Shown here piece after piece: positions 10,118 to 19,967 of a stretch of DNA of 64,000 nucleotides. Positions within the stretch are counted from its first letter, which is position 1, and the number at the start of each line of letters is the position of its first letter. Source of the DNA: Dehalococcoidia bacterium (GTDB lineage Bacteria > Chloroflexota > Dehalococcoidia > UBA2979); assembly GCA_965219085.1 (NCBI GenBank), contig OZ244720.1:2528001-2592000 (forward strand). The letters are read 5' to 3'. The notes beneath the pieces are model-generated. The model made no database searches. It saw nothing but the letters and a program-made list of their open reading frames with translations, and was not told the DNA's origin. Made by a program: the position numbers and the translations under genes.

Positions 10118-10954
10118 CTACAGCATAAGTGTCGTGATCGCGCCGCCGGCACGGGTTCGCCGTACGCCGTTGATCATCTCTGACACCGCGACGGGGCAGA
10201 GCCTCGCCGGTCCTTGGCGTTGGGGCGGAGGTGGCACCGCGCGGACGTCGGCAGCGCAGCAGTCCTTGAAGCGGCGACCGCTCTCGCACGGGCAAGCCTC
10301 GCGTGGCCTCACCTTGAGTCGCTGCATCGCCCGCATCTCGTTCACGTACTCCCTCATGCCGGCCCGGCCGTGACTGTATTCTCCCCAGAGTTCGGCTCTC
10401 GCAGCCTGCAATCCGAATGCGTCGACGAACGACAAGCGATAGAAGAAGGGAATGACCAAGTCGTGAATGAACCGGTCGATTCGCAGGTGGGCGTCCAGAG
10501 CAAGCCTAATGCTCAGGCAGCACGTCTCGTCCTCGTAGAAATGCAGATCGGCGAGAGTAGCGCCTTCCTTGCGAGCGATTGCGGCGCGCCGCCCCCCGAT
10601 CTCCCTGACGCTCGGCCAAGGGGGGGAGTTGCCTGATTCGGGCTCAGGGTATTCGAAGGGGTTCAGGTCTGCGGCTGGCGGCCACTGTATCTGGAACGGA
10701 TCAGGGAAAGAGGGCGCTGGTGTTTGGGGCAGCAAGCGTATCTCGACATCAAACACGTCGGCGATGCAGATTCGGGACGATCCGTTTCCGTCCCCACCTC
10801 CCGACATGTCGCAGTCGACGATCAAGTCTCCGTCCGCCTTGTCGTAGCACGCTTGGAAATCCAGCGCCCCGACAATCGTCATGGAGCTAGCGTCGAAGGT
10901 GAGGTTGGGGTAGTGGTCGCGGAGCCAGGCGACGTCGGCCTTTGACATCTTCAT
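10118..10954 (-). CDS. Prokaryotic E2 (UBC)-like protein with C-terminal SEC-C motif
   Basis: WPSVREIGG..LHFYEDETCCL resembles the E2 flap-His/catalytic-Cys signature; VIPFFY, WGEYSHG; CPCESGRRFKDCC SEC-C. Confidence 0.7.
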   Translation of the reverse strand: MKMSKADVAWLRDHYPNLTFDASSMTIVGALDFQACYDKADGDLIVDCDMSGGGDGNGSSRICIADVFDVEIRLLPQTPAPSFPDPFQIQWPPAADLNPFEYPEPESGNSPPWPSVREIGGRRAAIARKEGATLADLHFYEDETCCLSIRLALDAHLRIDRFIHDLVIPFFYRLSFVDAFGLQAARAELWGEYSHGRAGMREYVNEMRAMQRLKVRPREACPCESGRRFKDCCAADVRAVPPPPQRQGPARLCPVAVSEMINGVRRTRAGGAITTLML

Positions 10955-12081
10955 CTAGCGTACGGCTTTCTCGGCTTGACCACCGTGGGCGCCGACACCT
11001 CAGTGCGGCTAGGTTCACCCCCCGTCCATAGCCTGACTCCGAGGCGATCAACGACTACTACGACCGGCTTTGGCGACTGGCGTGTGGGATGTTGCATCGT
11101 CACCACGAACTTGCCACGATGTTTAGCGCTGACCGCCCCATAATACGCCGCCGCCTGGCGGTGGGGTGGCTGGTCGGTGTCACTGTCCGGGATCGGGTCG
11201 CTCGTAGCGACGGCGATGCTGCGCGTTGCTCCCTGCTGCTCGAACAGCCAAGCCACCTCCGGAACAGGCTCGGTTACGCGCTTCCCCTTCTTGGGCCCGA
11301 GCGAGAGGTACGAGCAGTGGTGCGGGAGTTTGAACACGTCCCATTCGAGGCGGTGCTCGTTGCCGTGCATCCTCGTCACCGTCACGACGCGAGTCCAAAT
11401 CTCGTGGGGGACGTCGCTGCCGAGCATCAACCTCGAGTCGCGCCCGGCCTCGGTGAACGTGGACTGCAGCACGATGGACTCGGAGTTTCGGTCGACGAGC
11501 TTCCCGTCCTCGCGGTCTGCGAAGGGCGAGTGCGCGAAGAACTCGACGTGGTGCACATCCTTCTTGAAGCTGGGGACGAGCTGTCCAGCGTCGGTGATCA
11601 GGTGCGCGCGCGACTCGATCGTGAGCTTGTGCTCGTCGAGCCACTCCTTGAGCGCCTCCGGCCGGGAGAAGACCCGTACCCCCGCGCCCCGTTCCAAGCG
11701 ATAGCGCGCCTCGGCTTGGACAACGCGCCCCTCGTCACTCAGGGCACCCTTGCTCTCCGTGATAGCCGCGGCGGGCACCCACAGGTCCGAGATCTTTATC
11801 CGGCCGCGTCCCTGGTACTTCTGGGCGTGCTCGAGAACGAAGAAGTCCGATACGCCCTGGATGTGATCTTGATCCAAGTGCGTGAGGGCCAGCACGTCCA
11901 CATGGTCGCGGCCCAGCTCGTCCAGCCGCTTGCGGATCGCCCGAGGGAGATCGATTCGGCGATCGTTCGGATCGTCTGCGTCGGCCATGGCCGCGTAGTC
12001 GAACAGCAGAACCGCCCCTGCGGACGTCTCAACGAGGCACGTGTCGGCGTTGCCCAGCGGGAAGAATGTGAGCTTGTGCAT
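10951..12081 (-). CDS. MBL-fold metallo-hydrolase (ComEC/Rec2-like, type linked to prokaryotic ubiquitin-like operons)
   Basis: FFPLGNADT, THLDQDH, LGSD, KLPHHCS; stop overlaps start of the E2-like gene. Confidence 0.85.
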   Translation of the reverse strand: MHKLTFFPLGNADTCLVETSAGAVLLFDYAAMADADDPNDRRIDLPRAIRKRLDELGRDHVDVLALTHLDQDHIQGVSDFFVLEHAQKYQGRGRIKISDLWVPAAAITESKGALSDEGRVVQAEARYRLERGAGVRVFSRPEALKEWLDEHKLTIESRAHLITDAGQLVPSFKKDVHHVEFFAHSPFADREDGKLVDRNSESIVLQSTFTEAGRDSRLMLGSDVPHEIWTRVVTVTRMHGNEHRLEWDVFKLPHHCSYLSLGPKKGKRVTEPVPEVAWLFEQQGATRSIAVATSDPIPDSDTDQPPHRQAAAYYGAVSAKHRGKFVVTMQHPTRQSPKPVVVVVDRLGVRLWTGGEPSRTEVSAPTVVKPRKPYAR

Positions 12082-12171
12082 GAGGGGATCTCCTCTGGTC
12101 CCGGCTGGCCATGGGTCGCCGTCGAGGCACCCATGAGCCATGCTTTAGGTGAACATGTACAAGACCACGCG

Positions 12172-12190
12172 TTACAGCGGTAGACTGTAA
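12172..12190. promoter_or_regulatory. Putative operator in divergent promoter region
   Basis: TTACAG-N7-CTGTAA inverted repeat in the AT-richer gap between the MBL gene and higB-like gene. Confidence 0.45.
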
Positions 12191-12234
12191 ATCCTGAACG
12201 CTAGTAGTATCAGCTATGAGGGTGAGAGACGCAA

Positions 12235-12525
12235 GTGGACATTCGCTTCGCCGACGAGAATCTCGCGCGGTGTTTCCGGGAGGAGATGCACGCCACCGCG
12301 TGCTGGGGGCTGGATGTGGCGCAGCAGTACGTCCACGTGGTGAACTTCCTCACCTGCATCGAAGGGGCGGGGGACGTGAGCAAGTTCGCGTTCCTGCGGG
12401 CCGAGACCCGGAATCACTCCGGGCCGACGCGCTGGATCGTTCCGCTGGCTGATGGCTGGCATGTTGCTCTCGACGTCGCAGAGGGTGGGCGGGCCCTTAT
12501 CGTTGCAGAGGTGGTGACACAGTGA
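12235..12525 (+). CDS. HigB/RelE-like toxin (divergent)
   Basis: MDIRFAD..L start, 96 aa, GTGA overlap with downstream HigA-type gene. Confidence 0.7.
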   Translation: MDIRFADENLARCFREEMHATACWGLDVAQQYVHVVNFLTCIEGAGDVSKFAFLRAETRNHSGPTRWIVPLADGWHVALDVAEGGRALIVAEVVTQ

Positions 12526-13619
12526 CCGATTCCACGGAAGCAAGCTCGATCGGCCGAGCCATCGCGCCAGGAACCTACTTGCGCGAGGAACTAGCCGAGC
12601 GCCATATGAGCCAGACCGAGCTCGCACGCCGGATGGGACGGCCCATTCAGGCAATAAACGCGGTCGTGAACGGCAAGAAGGCGCTCACCGAGGTGACGGC
12701 TCTCGAGTTGGAACGAGTCTTGGGCACGCCGGCGCAGGTCTGGGTGAATCTCGAGGCACGGTACCGGCTGGCGCTCGCCCGCGCCTTTGAGGATTCGTCG
12801 CTACGGGACGAGTTGGATTGGTTGAACTACTTTCCGTTGGGCCAGATGGAGCGCCGCGGCTGGATTCCGGCTGCTACGCAGCCACTAGATCGATTGCGGG
12901 CCCTCTTGGAGTTCTTCGGCGTCGCGTCCTTCTCGAATTGGGACGCTGAGCAGCAAGAGGCTCTAGGTTTCCGTGTTACCGGGAACGCGGCAATCGATAC
13001 AGGGGCACTTGCGGCTTGGGTACGCAGAGGTGAAGCGAACGGCATCGCTCTCGAGACGGAAGACTACGACGAAGCGCGCTTCCGCGAGGCGATCGCCGAA
13101 GCACGTGCCCTCACGATGCGCCCGCCGCGTGAGGCTTGGACAGAGCTGAAGGAGATGTGCGCACGAGCGGGCGTAGCAGCGGTAGTTGTGCGTGAGTTCC
13201 CCAAGATCGGTGCCAATGGCGTCGCTCGGTGGATCAACCCACGGAAGGCCCTGATTCAACTGAACCTTCGTTACCGGTGGGCGGACATCTTCTGGTTTAC
13301 GTTCTTCCATGAAGCGGCCCACGTGCTGATGCACGAACCCCGGCGCGTCTTCGTCGAACTGGAGGGCAACCCTCGGAGAAGTCCGCGGGAGGAGGAGGCG
13401 AATCGCCTCGCGGAGGAGTTCCTGATCCCGGTGGACGATTGGGAAGAGTTCGTGCTCCGGTCGAGGTTCGATGCTCTGAGCATCAGGGCCGTCGCCTCGG
13501 ACCTTGGTATCGATCCAGGGATCGTGGTGGGCCGCCTTCAGCACAGGGGCTTGGTTCCATGGGGCTCGAAGCTCAATTCGCTTCGGAGCCGCCTGGAGTG
13601 GGCCGAGGCGGATGCCTGA
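12522..13619 (+). CDS. higA: HigA-type HTH antitoxin fused to IrrE/ImmA metallopeptidase
   Basis: PGTYLREEL..MSQTELARRMG HTH; FWFTFFHEAAH and EEEAN motifs. Confidence 0.9.
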   Translation: MTDSTEASSIGRAIAPGTYLREELAERHMSQTELARRMGRPIQAINAVVNGKKALTEVTALELERVLGTPAQVWVNLEARYRLALARAFEDSSLRDELDWLNYFPLGQMERRGWIPAATQPLDRLRALLEFFGVASFSNWDAEQQEALGFRVTGNAAIDTGALAAWVRRGEANGIALETEDYDEARFREAIAEARALTMRPPREAWTELKEMCARAGVAAVVVREFPKIGANGVARWINPRKALIQLNLRYRWADIFWFTFFHEAAHVLMHEPRRVFVELEGNPRRSPREEEANRLAEEFLIPVDDWEEFVLRSRFDALSIRAVASDLGIDPGIVVGRLQHRGLVPWGSKLNSLRSRLEWAEADA

Positions 13620-13738
13620 TCTTTTGAAGCTCGGAACGCGAGTTCGGCGATCTTCATGTGACCAGACACCTGCGCCGAGCCCTTTGCTGTTCCGATAACG
13701 GCTGGAGGGCTCCCGTTCGCTGCTGGTCACCGAGGGTG

Positions 13739-14215
13739 TCAGGATTCATCTCCATCGCCGAAGAGGGCTGCGACTCTTCGGTCAAGCCAGGCGAGCACTC
13801 GCGTCAAGCTGAAGCCTGCGGCAAACGCAATTGCAACGAAGGGCAAGGCTGATTGCTCGTCCATCGGGCCCGGAACCCGCACAGGACTCAGTGCTACGCG
13901 TGCGGCTACGTACCCGATTAGCCCCAAGACGCTGCCTGCGATCGGGCGGAGCACGTACCACCATGTCCATGAGGGATCATATGTGAATCGTGGGCTGTCG
14001 GCCCGCTGTGGTCCTACGGACCAATAGAAGCCTCGAAGGGCGTACAACGTGGCGCCAAGCCCACCAGCCGCCGCGCAGTGGAACCAGACGCTCACCGCTG
14101 TTTCGAGGGGGGCTTGTGCTGGCCACCACCCGAGGGCGACAGCTCCCGCTATGTAGAGGTAGCCGGCGATCGCGACGGTAAACCAAGCGCCTGTCGCCAC
14201 CTTCAGCCAGAACAT
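13739..14215 (-). CDS. Four-TM membrane protein of unknown function
   Basis: Four hydrophobic segments, GGLGA, WYVLRPIAG, AFAAGFS. Confidence 0.7.
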   Translation of the reverse strand: MFWLKVATGAWFTVAIAGYLYIAGAVALGWWPAQAPLETAVSVWFHCAAAGGLGATLYALRGFYWSVGPQRADSPRFTYDPSWTWWYVLRPIAGSVLGLIGYVAARVALSPVRVPGPMDEQSALPFVAIAFAAGFSLTRVLAWLDRRVAALFGDGDES

Positions 14216-15078
14216 CGGGACCCCTCAAAGGCTCGTGTGTAAGGACTCAACTGGCGAGGTCGACTCTAGCGTCTCACGCACTCGGCTCGCCTGCCGATCC
14301 CGCGACTGCGTCGTACACCTCGCGGGCGGGCACCTCCGAGGCTGTCATCCGGAGTCCGCGTCGCCGAGGAACCGCGTGACGATGGCGTCATTCTCCCCTA
14401 TTGCCTGCCGACTGGTGGGGCCGTGTCCTTGTCGGCGTCGCCCGCGCCGACCTCGGTCGTGGTGGTGACGAAGGCTGACCCCTCCTCGTCAGCTTTGAGC
14501 CACCAGACTGGACAGAATCGAGAACCTCCATCCTGACATTCCGGCTGGCGATGTAGCCTGCTGTAGGCATCGTCCACCCATTGGAGCCCGACACCGACTA
14601 GCAACGGCACAAGCTCAGGCGGTCGGACGTCTGCCGTTCGTTCATGCCTAGCGGCTGTTACATGCGTTCGAGCTCGTCGAGGATGTCCTGAATCACGTCC
14701 GCCGCCTCGAGCGCTTCTCGTACTTGGGCTTGTGCCAGTGCGGCCCAGAATGTGGCTGCCCACTGCTCGTAGAGATGCTCGAAGTCGTAGATGCCGTCGA
14801 CGTGGACGGACTCGATGGTGGTGCCGAACGAGTCCGTCACGCTCACAGCGATCGCAGGCCCGCCTCGAGCGCCGGGCCCCAGGACGAGCGCCACGAGAGC
14901 GTCTCGAAACTCGGCGAACAGAGGTGACTTTGGGTAGCTCGGGTAGCCGCCCGGACCAGGATCCTCCACCGTCTCCGACGCCTCACCAGGATTCGCTCAC
15001 TGACCTGACCCCTTGAAACGGGACCACCGTTGATGAGAGTCCTTTGGCCCATGAAAGTGGGCAGAGGAGGACATCACG

Positions 15079-15357
15079 GTGAAACGACGCAGGCACACGC
15101 CCGAGCAGATCGTGCGGAAGCTGCGGGAGGTGGAGCGGCTGCTCGGTGAGGGGCAGACGATCGCCGAGGCGGCGAAGCAGGTCGAGATCTCGGAGCAGAC
15201 CTACCACCGCTGGCGCAACCAGTACGGCGGGATGAAGGCCGACGACGCCAAACGGCTGCGCGAGCTGGAGCGCGAGAACGCCCGGCTGAAGCGGATCGTC
15301 GCCGACAAGGAACTCGAGATCGACGCGCTCAAGGAGATCGCCCGGGGAAACTGGTAA
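15079..15357 (+). CDS. IS3 transposase OrfA
   Basis: HTH (ISEQTYHRWRNQYGG) plus leucine zipper; ends at GGGGAAAC frameshift motif. Confidence 0.95.
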   Translation: MKRRRHTPEQIVRKLREVERLLGEGQTIAEAAKQVEISEQTYHRWRNQYGGMKADDAKRLRELERENARLKRIVADKELEIDALKEIARGNW

Positions 15358-15386
15358 GCCCGTCGCGCCGGCGCGAGGCAGTCTGC

Positions 15387-16211
15387 ATGTTGCAGGACCG
15401 CCTCGAGTTGTCGGAACGGCGGGCATGCCGGGTCACCGGCCAGCACCGCTCCACACAGCGCCGCCTCCCGACGCGCGGCCGCGGCGACGACGCGCTGCGC
15501 GCGGAACTCCACGCCTTCTCGCGTGGCCACCCCCGCTGGGGCTACCGCCGGGCCTGGGCGACCTTACGCGAGGAGGGATGGGGCGTGAATCGCAAGCGGG
15601 TGCAACGGCTCTGGCGTGAAGAAGGGCTGCGCGTCCCGGTGAAATGGCGCAAGCGTCAGCGCCTGGGGGACTCGGCGGTGCCCGCCGCCAGGCTGCGCGC
15701 TGAGCGGCCGAACCACGTCTGGGCGCTGGACTTCCAGTTCGACCAGACCGCGGACGGGCGGGTCCTGAAGCTGCTCAACATCGTCGACGAGCACACACGG
15801 GAGGCGCTGGCGATCGTGGCCGCCAGGAGCATCAACGCCGACGCCACGGCCTCAACGCTCGACGGGATCGTCGCCCGGCGCGGGACGGCGCCTGGGTACA
15901 TCCGTTGCGACAATGGGCCCGAGCTCACGGCCAACGCGCTGCGCGACTGGTGCCGGTTCAGCGGTACGGGCAGCAGCTACATCGAGCCCGGTGCGCCGTG
16001 GGAGAACCCGTACGTGGAGTCGTTCAACGGCCGGCTGCGCGACGAGTTCCTGCCGGTCGAGCAGTTCGACAGCCTGCTCGAGGCGCAGGTGCTGCTCGAG
16101 GACTGGCGGATCGAGTACAACACGAAGCGCCCGCATAGCAGCCTGGGCTGGCTCGCCCCGGCTGCCTACGCCGAGCGCTGGGAGACTCAGCTACACGCTG
16201 GACTCTCATAA
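15387..16211 (+). CDS. IS3 transposase OrfB (DDE), probably fused to OrfA by -1 frameshift
   Basis: WALDF, DNGPE, PWENPYVESFNGRLRDE, YNTKRPHSSLG. Confidence 0.95.
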   Translation: MLQDRLELSERRACRVTGQHRSTQRRLPTRGRGDDALRAELHAFSRGHPRWGYRRAWATLREEGWGVNRKRVQRLWREEGLRVPVKWRKRQRLGDSAVPAARLRAERPNHVWALDFQFDQTADGRVLKLLNIVDEHTREALAIVAARSINADATASTLDGIVARRGTAPGYIRCDNGPELTANALRDWCRFSGTGSSYIEPGAPWENPYVESFNGRLRDEFLPVEQFDSLLEAQVLLEDWRIEYNTKRPHSSLGWLAPAAYAERWETQLHAGLS

Positions 16212-16455
16212 GCGGTGGACTCGCGAAGGGGGTCCGGTCACCACCACTCGACACGGCCTTCCCTTGTTCGGTCGTCCAACGCCTCCATCAGACGCTTGAT
16301 CGCGGTCGGTACCGGGGGAATCTCGGGGAGAGGGATGACAGGGGGTTCGTCAACCATTCCTAACTCCTGAACGCCTTCTATGACGACATTCACTGAAACC
16401 TGCAGCTGCCTGATCTCGCGAAGGACGACCTGCCCTGCGGGCAGACGCACACTAA

Positions 16456-17631
16456 GGATGGTCTGAACAACTCGCCTGAGCGGGTGAGCAGATGCGATCA
16501 TGGGGCGACCCGGAGAGGGGCGCCCCATGCAGCAGCGTTCGTTCGGCAGCGTCGAGTACGAGCACAAGAAGGTCAAGACGAGGCGGCAGACGTTCCTCGA
16601 GCGCATGGACAGGCTCGTCCCCTGGGCTGAGCTGGAGCAGCGCATCGCGCCCGTCTACCCGAAGCGCGGCCGCGGACGCCGCCCCTACGCGCTGCGCGTG
16701 ATGCTGCGCATCCACTGCCTGCAGCTCTGGTTCAACCTCAGCGACCCCGGCATGGAGCAGGAACTCTACGACTCCCGTTCGATGCTCGAGTTCGCCGGTC
16801 TCAGCCTCTCCGAGCCGATTCCCGATGAGACGACGATCCTCAACTTCCGCCACCTGCTGGAGCGCCATCAGCTGGGAACGGAGCTGTTCGCGACGATCAA
16901 CGCGCACCTGGCACGGCAGGGTCTGCAGGTGCGCGAGGGCACGATCGTGGACTCCACGATCATCAGCGCGCCGTCATCGACGAAGAACCGCGAGCGTGCG
17001 CGCGACCCCGAGATGCACCAGACCAGCAAGGGCCGGCAGTAGTTCTTCGGGATGAAGCTGCACACCGGCACGGATGCGCGGACGGGGCTGGTCCACAGCG
17101 TGAGCACGACGGCGGCGAACGTCTCCGACGTGACCGAGGCGCATCGCCTCTTGCACGGCGGCGAGACGGAGGCGTGGGGCGACGCCGGCTACCAGGGAGT
17201 GGAGAAGCGCCCGGAGCACGCGGGGTCGGAGGTGAGCTGGCAGGTGGCGATGCGTCCGGGTCTCAGGCGGCAGCTGGCGCCGGGGGGCGAGGAGGCGCAG
17301 GCGGAGCGGCGCAAGGCCTCGGTGCGCGCCAAGGCTGAGCATCCGTTTCTCTACGTGAAGCGGCACTTCGGGTACGCGCAGGTCCGCTACCGGGGTCTTG
17401 AGAAGAACCGCCAGCGTCTCATGCTGCTGCTCGGTTTCACGAACCTGTTGCGAGCCGAGCCTCAGCTCGCCTGATCGCGGGAGCCGTGCGTCCCGAATCG
17501 CCCGCCGGAGCGCTTCCGGAGCGACATGGAGGCGAGACCACCCATGGACCGCGGTATCGGGCCCCCACAGCGCGGCTCGGCCCGCTGATCGATACGCACC
17601 GCGCCCGACACGCCACCTGATCAGACCATCC
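16456..17631 (+). mobile_element. IS5-family insertion sequence
   Basis: TIR GGATGGTCTGA/TCAGACCATCC; perfect CTAA target duplication at 16452-16455 and 17632-17635. Confidence 0.95.
16528..17474 (+). pseudogene. IS5 transposase with in-frame stop
   Basis: PDETTILNFRH, VDSTII, GDAGYQG, RAKAEHPF; TAG at 17040-17042 where W is expected (GRQ*FFGMK). Confidence 0.92.
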
Positions 17632-17717
17632 CTAAGGATACTCGGCGGAACAGCAGCGCGGGCGCGGACCGTGCCCCTGCCGGCTCCTGCCGCAGTCTGC
17701 TCAGCTCCCGAACGAAC

Positions 17718-19832
17718 CTACCGTGCTGTCGCTGCGCGGCGCGCTCGCAAATCATCGAGAAACTCCGACCCCGGAGCCACCCCCGTGACCAGGAGGTGGT
17801 CGCGCGCGCGGGTGCAGGCGACGTAGAGGAGATGGCGCTCGGTGTTGTAGACGTCCTCGAGGTCGGCGGTGTCGGCGACAGCCTCGATGCGGGACTGGAG
17901 CGGGATGACCTCGTCGTCGCAGGCGGCTACCACGACGGCGCGGAACTCGAGGCCCTTGGCGAGGTGCATCGTGCCGACGGCGGCGTGGCCCAGCTCGGCC
18001 TCGGCGCCGCCCTCGAGTCCGCCGGCGGTGAGGCCGGACGCTTCGATCGCAGCGCGGGCGCGCTCCAGCTCTGTCTCTGACCGCACGAAGACACCGATCT
18101 CCTCCAGCGGCACGCCCTCCCCCGCCCGCGCCTCGATCCATTCGGCGATGGTCACGGCTTCCTCCTCGACCGTGTCGAGGACAGCGACGGTCGGCTCGGG
18201 GCCGTTGAAGGCAGAGACTGTGCCGCGGCGGATATCTGTGTTGCCGTCCACGTCGCTCATCTCGGGCGGGAGCAGACGGTCAGCCTGGCGGCGGATCTGG
18301 TGCGAGGTGCGGTAGTTGATGCGGAGCGTGCTCGACCGGCCGCGCACGTCGACGCCGAGCGAGAGCCACGAGAACGGCGTCTGGAAGATGCGCTGCCCGA
18401 GGTCGCCAGCGAAGAAGAGGCCGTTCTCGCGCTCGCCCCGCAGGGCCGCGAGGAAGCGGAGTTGCGGGACGCCGATGTCCTGGCTCTCGTCCACGACGAT
18501 GAAGTCGTAGGGACTCGCGCCGGCCCCAGCCGCGCGCTCGGTCGCCGCGGCGAACACGCTGGCGAGGGTGCGGAGGTCGCGCTCGGCGAGTTCGGAGCGG
18601 ACGCGCTCGAAGATCGACCAAAGCAGGACGCGCTGGTTCTCGCCGAGGCGCGTCTTGCGGCCGAGGCGGGCGACGTCGCGATACGCCTCCCACGTCGCGA
18701 GCTGCCAGGCATCGACCACTTCGCGCCACTCGGCCTCGAGGAACCGCTCGCTGAAGCGATGCTCCTCGGCAGCCGCCGACGCCTCATGGAGCAGCGTCCG
18801 CAGCGTCGGTTCGTCCACCAGCCGTGCCGGGCCGAACGCCGCTTCGAATAGCTCGACGCCGACCTGGTCGATGGCGTTCACGGTGATGCGCTCGCGAGCG
18901 GCGTCGCCCCCCACGAGTCGGCCAAGCTTCACGCGGAGTGCGGCCGCGAGCGTGTCGCTGAAGGTGGTGAGCAGCACGCGGGCTTCGGGATGCGTGCGCG
19001 CGAGGTGTACCGCGCGATGAAGCGCGACGACGGTCTTGCCCGTGCCGGCGGACCCGGCGACGCGCGCCGGCCCACTGTAGTCCCGCTCGACGATGGCGCG
19101 CTGGGCCGGGTGAAGGAACACCGTCCACTGCTCCCAGGGGTAGTCGAGGGCGCGCTCCAACTCGGCGGCGTTGTCCATCAGCCGGAACCGGCGCTGCGCG
19201 TCGGGGTGCTCGAAGGGGTCCGCGCCCGCGTCCGCGTGCACCGGCTGCGCCGGAGTGCCGCCGGTGGCCAGTTCCAGCAGCGCCTCCGCGGCCTCGGCCG
19301 GTAGGTGGTCAGCAAGCTCGAAGAGTGTGTCCTCGGTTGCGGCGCGGGCGTCGGCGAGCCATTCGAGCGGCACCCCGTAGCCGAGCAGCGCATCGTCCGT
19401 TACGTGATCGAAGAGGCGCGGCCTGGACCCGAACGTCGCCGGAGCGGGCTCCGCGACGGACTGCTCCGCCGGGACGTAGACCGGGACCTCAACCTCGCGG
19501 ACGGTCTCGCGCACCTCGACGAGTTGGGCGGCGCCGGTGCGTGGGTGGCGCTCGAGAACTCGTCGCTCAGCCCAGCGGTAAGCGGCGTCGTGGTGGTCGG
19601 CGTAGCAGAGCATCAAGCTCGCGTCGGTGCGATGCACGATCAGGCGCAGGTCGCGGCTGATACGTGCGGACCAGAAGCTCTTGTCCTTGCTGCGGTCGAT
19701 GCGATGGAGTTGGATGCCGGGGTTCGCCGGGTTGAGCTGCAGGTCGAAGGCCGTGGTCTTCGCCGCCTTCTGCTCGTCCGCGGTCAATCGGTCGAGGCTG
19801 GCCGTGAACGTGTCGGCTATCCGGAACTCCAT
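17718..19832 (-). CDS. UvrD/SF1 helicase with N-terminal RelE-like domain
   Basis: GSAGTGKT, VDESQD, GDLGQRIF, NYRT, AKGLEF, LYVACTRAR; N-terminal WSARISRDLRLI. Confidence 0.92.
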   Translation of the reverse strand: MEFRIADTFTASLDRLTADEQKAAKTTAFDLQLNPANPGIQLHRIDRSKDKSFWSARISRDLRLIVHRTDASLMLCYADHHDAAYRWAERRVLERHPRTGAAQLVEVRETVREVEVPVYVPAEQSVAEPAPATFGSRPRLFDHVTDDALLGYGVPLEWLADARAATEDTLFELADHLPAEAAEALLELATGGTPAQPVHADAGADPFEHPDAQRRFRLMDNAAELERALDYPWEQWTVFLHPAQRAIVERDYSGPARVAGSAGTGKTVVALHRAVHLARTHPEARVLLTTFSDTLAAALRVKLGRLVGGDAARERITVNAIDQVGVELFEAAFGPARLVDEPTLRTLLHEASAAAEEHRFSERFLEAEWREVVDAWQLATWEAYRDVARLGRKTRLGENQRVLLWSIFERVRSELAERDLRTLASVFAAATERAAGAGASPYDFIVVDESQDIGVPQLRFLAALRGERENGLFFAGDLGQRIFQTPFSWLSLGVDVRGRSSTLRINYRTSHQIRRQADRLLPPEMSDVDGNTDIRRGTVSAFNGPEPTVAVLDTVEEEAVTIAEWIEARAGEGVPLEEIGVFVRSETELERARAAIEASGLTAGGLEGGAEAELGHAAVGTMHLAKGLEFRAVVVAACDDEVIPLQSRIEAVADTADLEDVYNTERHLLYVACTRARDHLLVTGVAPGSEFLDDLRARRAATAR

Positions 19833-19835
19833 CAG
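19772..19835 (-). repeat. Direct repeat copy 1 (5' end of helicase gene)
   Basis: 58/64 nt identical to 20526-20589. Confidence 0.85.
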
Positions 19836-19967
19836 CAGCCTCTGCGGACGTAGTTCACTGAACCAGACAGCGAATCGATGGACTCGGTTGGACGAGTGCC
19901 CCGGACATACACGCAGCGGTAGCCCGGCCAAGCCTGCTTGAGGGCATCAGCGCCATCAATTCGTACG

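Larger units (their letters stand above)
15001..16240 (+). mobile_element. IS3-family insertion sequence
   Basis: TG..CA ends, imperfect TIRs (TGACCTGACCCC..ATGAGAGT), near 4-bp target duplication TCAC/CCAC. Confidence 0.93.
14658..16357 (-). pseudogene. Hypothetical protein split by IS3 element
   Basis: MVDEPP..EGRVEWW (16357-16241) joins in frame to ANPGEAS..ELERM* (14996-14658) when the IS and 4 bp are removed. Confidence 0.6.

Noticed and set aside
10118-14215. Calling the E2 locus a CBASS system
   Set aside because: No CD-NTase nearby; the only nucleotidyltransferase seen is the 101-aa MntA paired with HepT.
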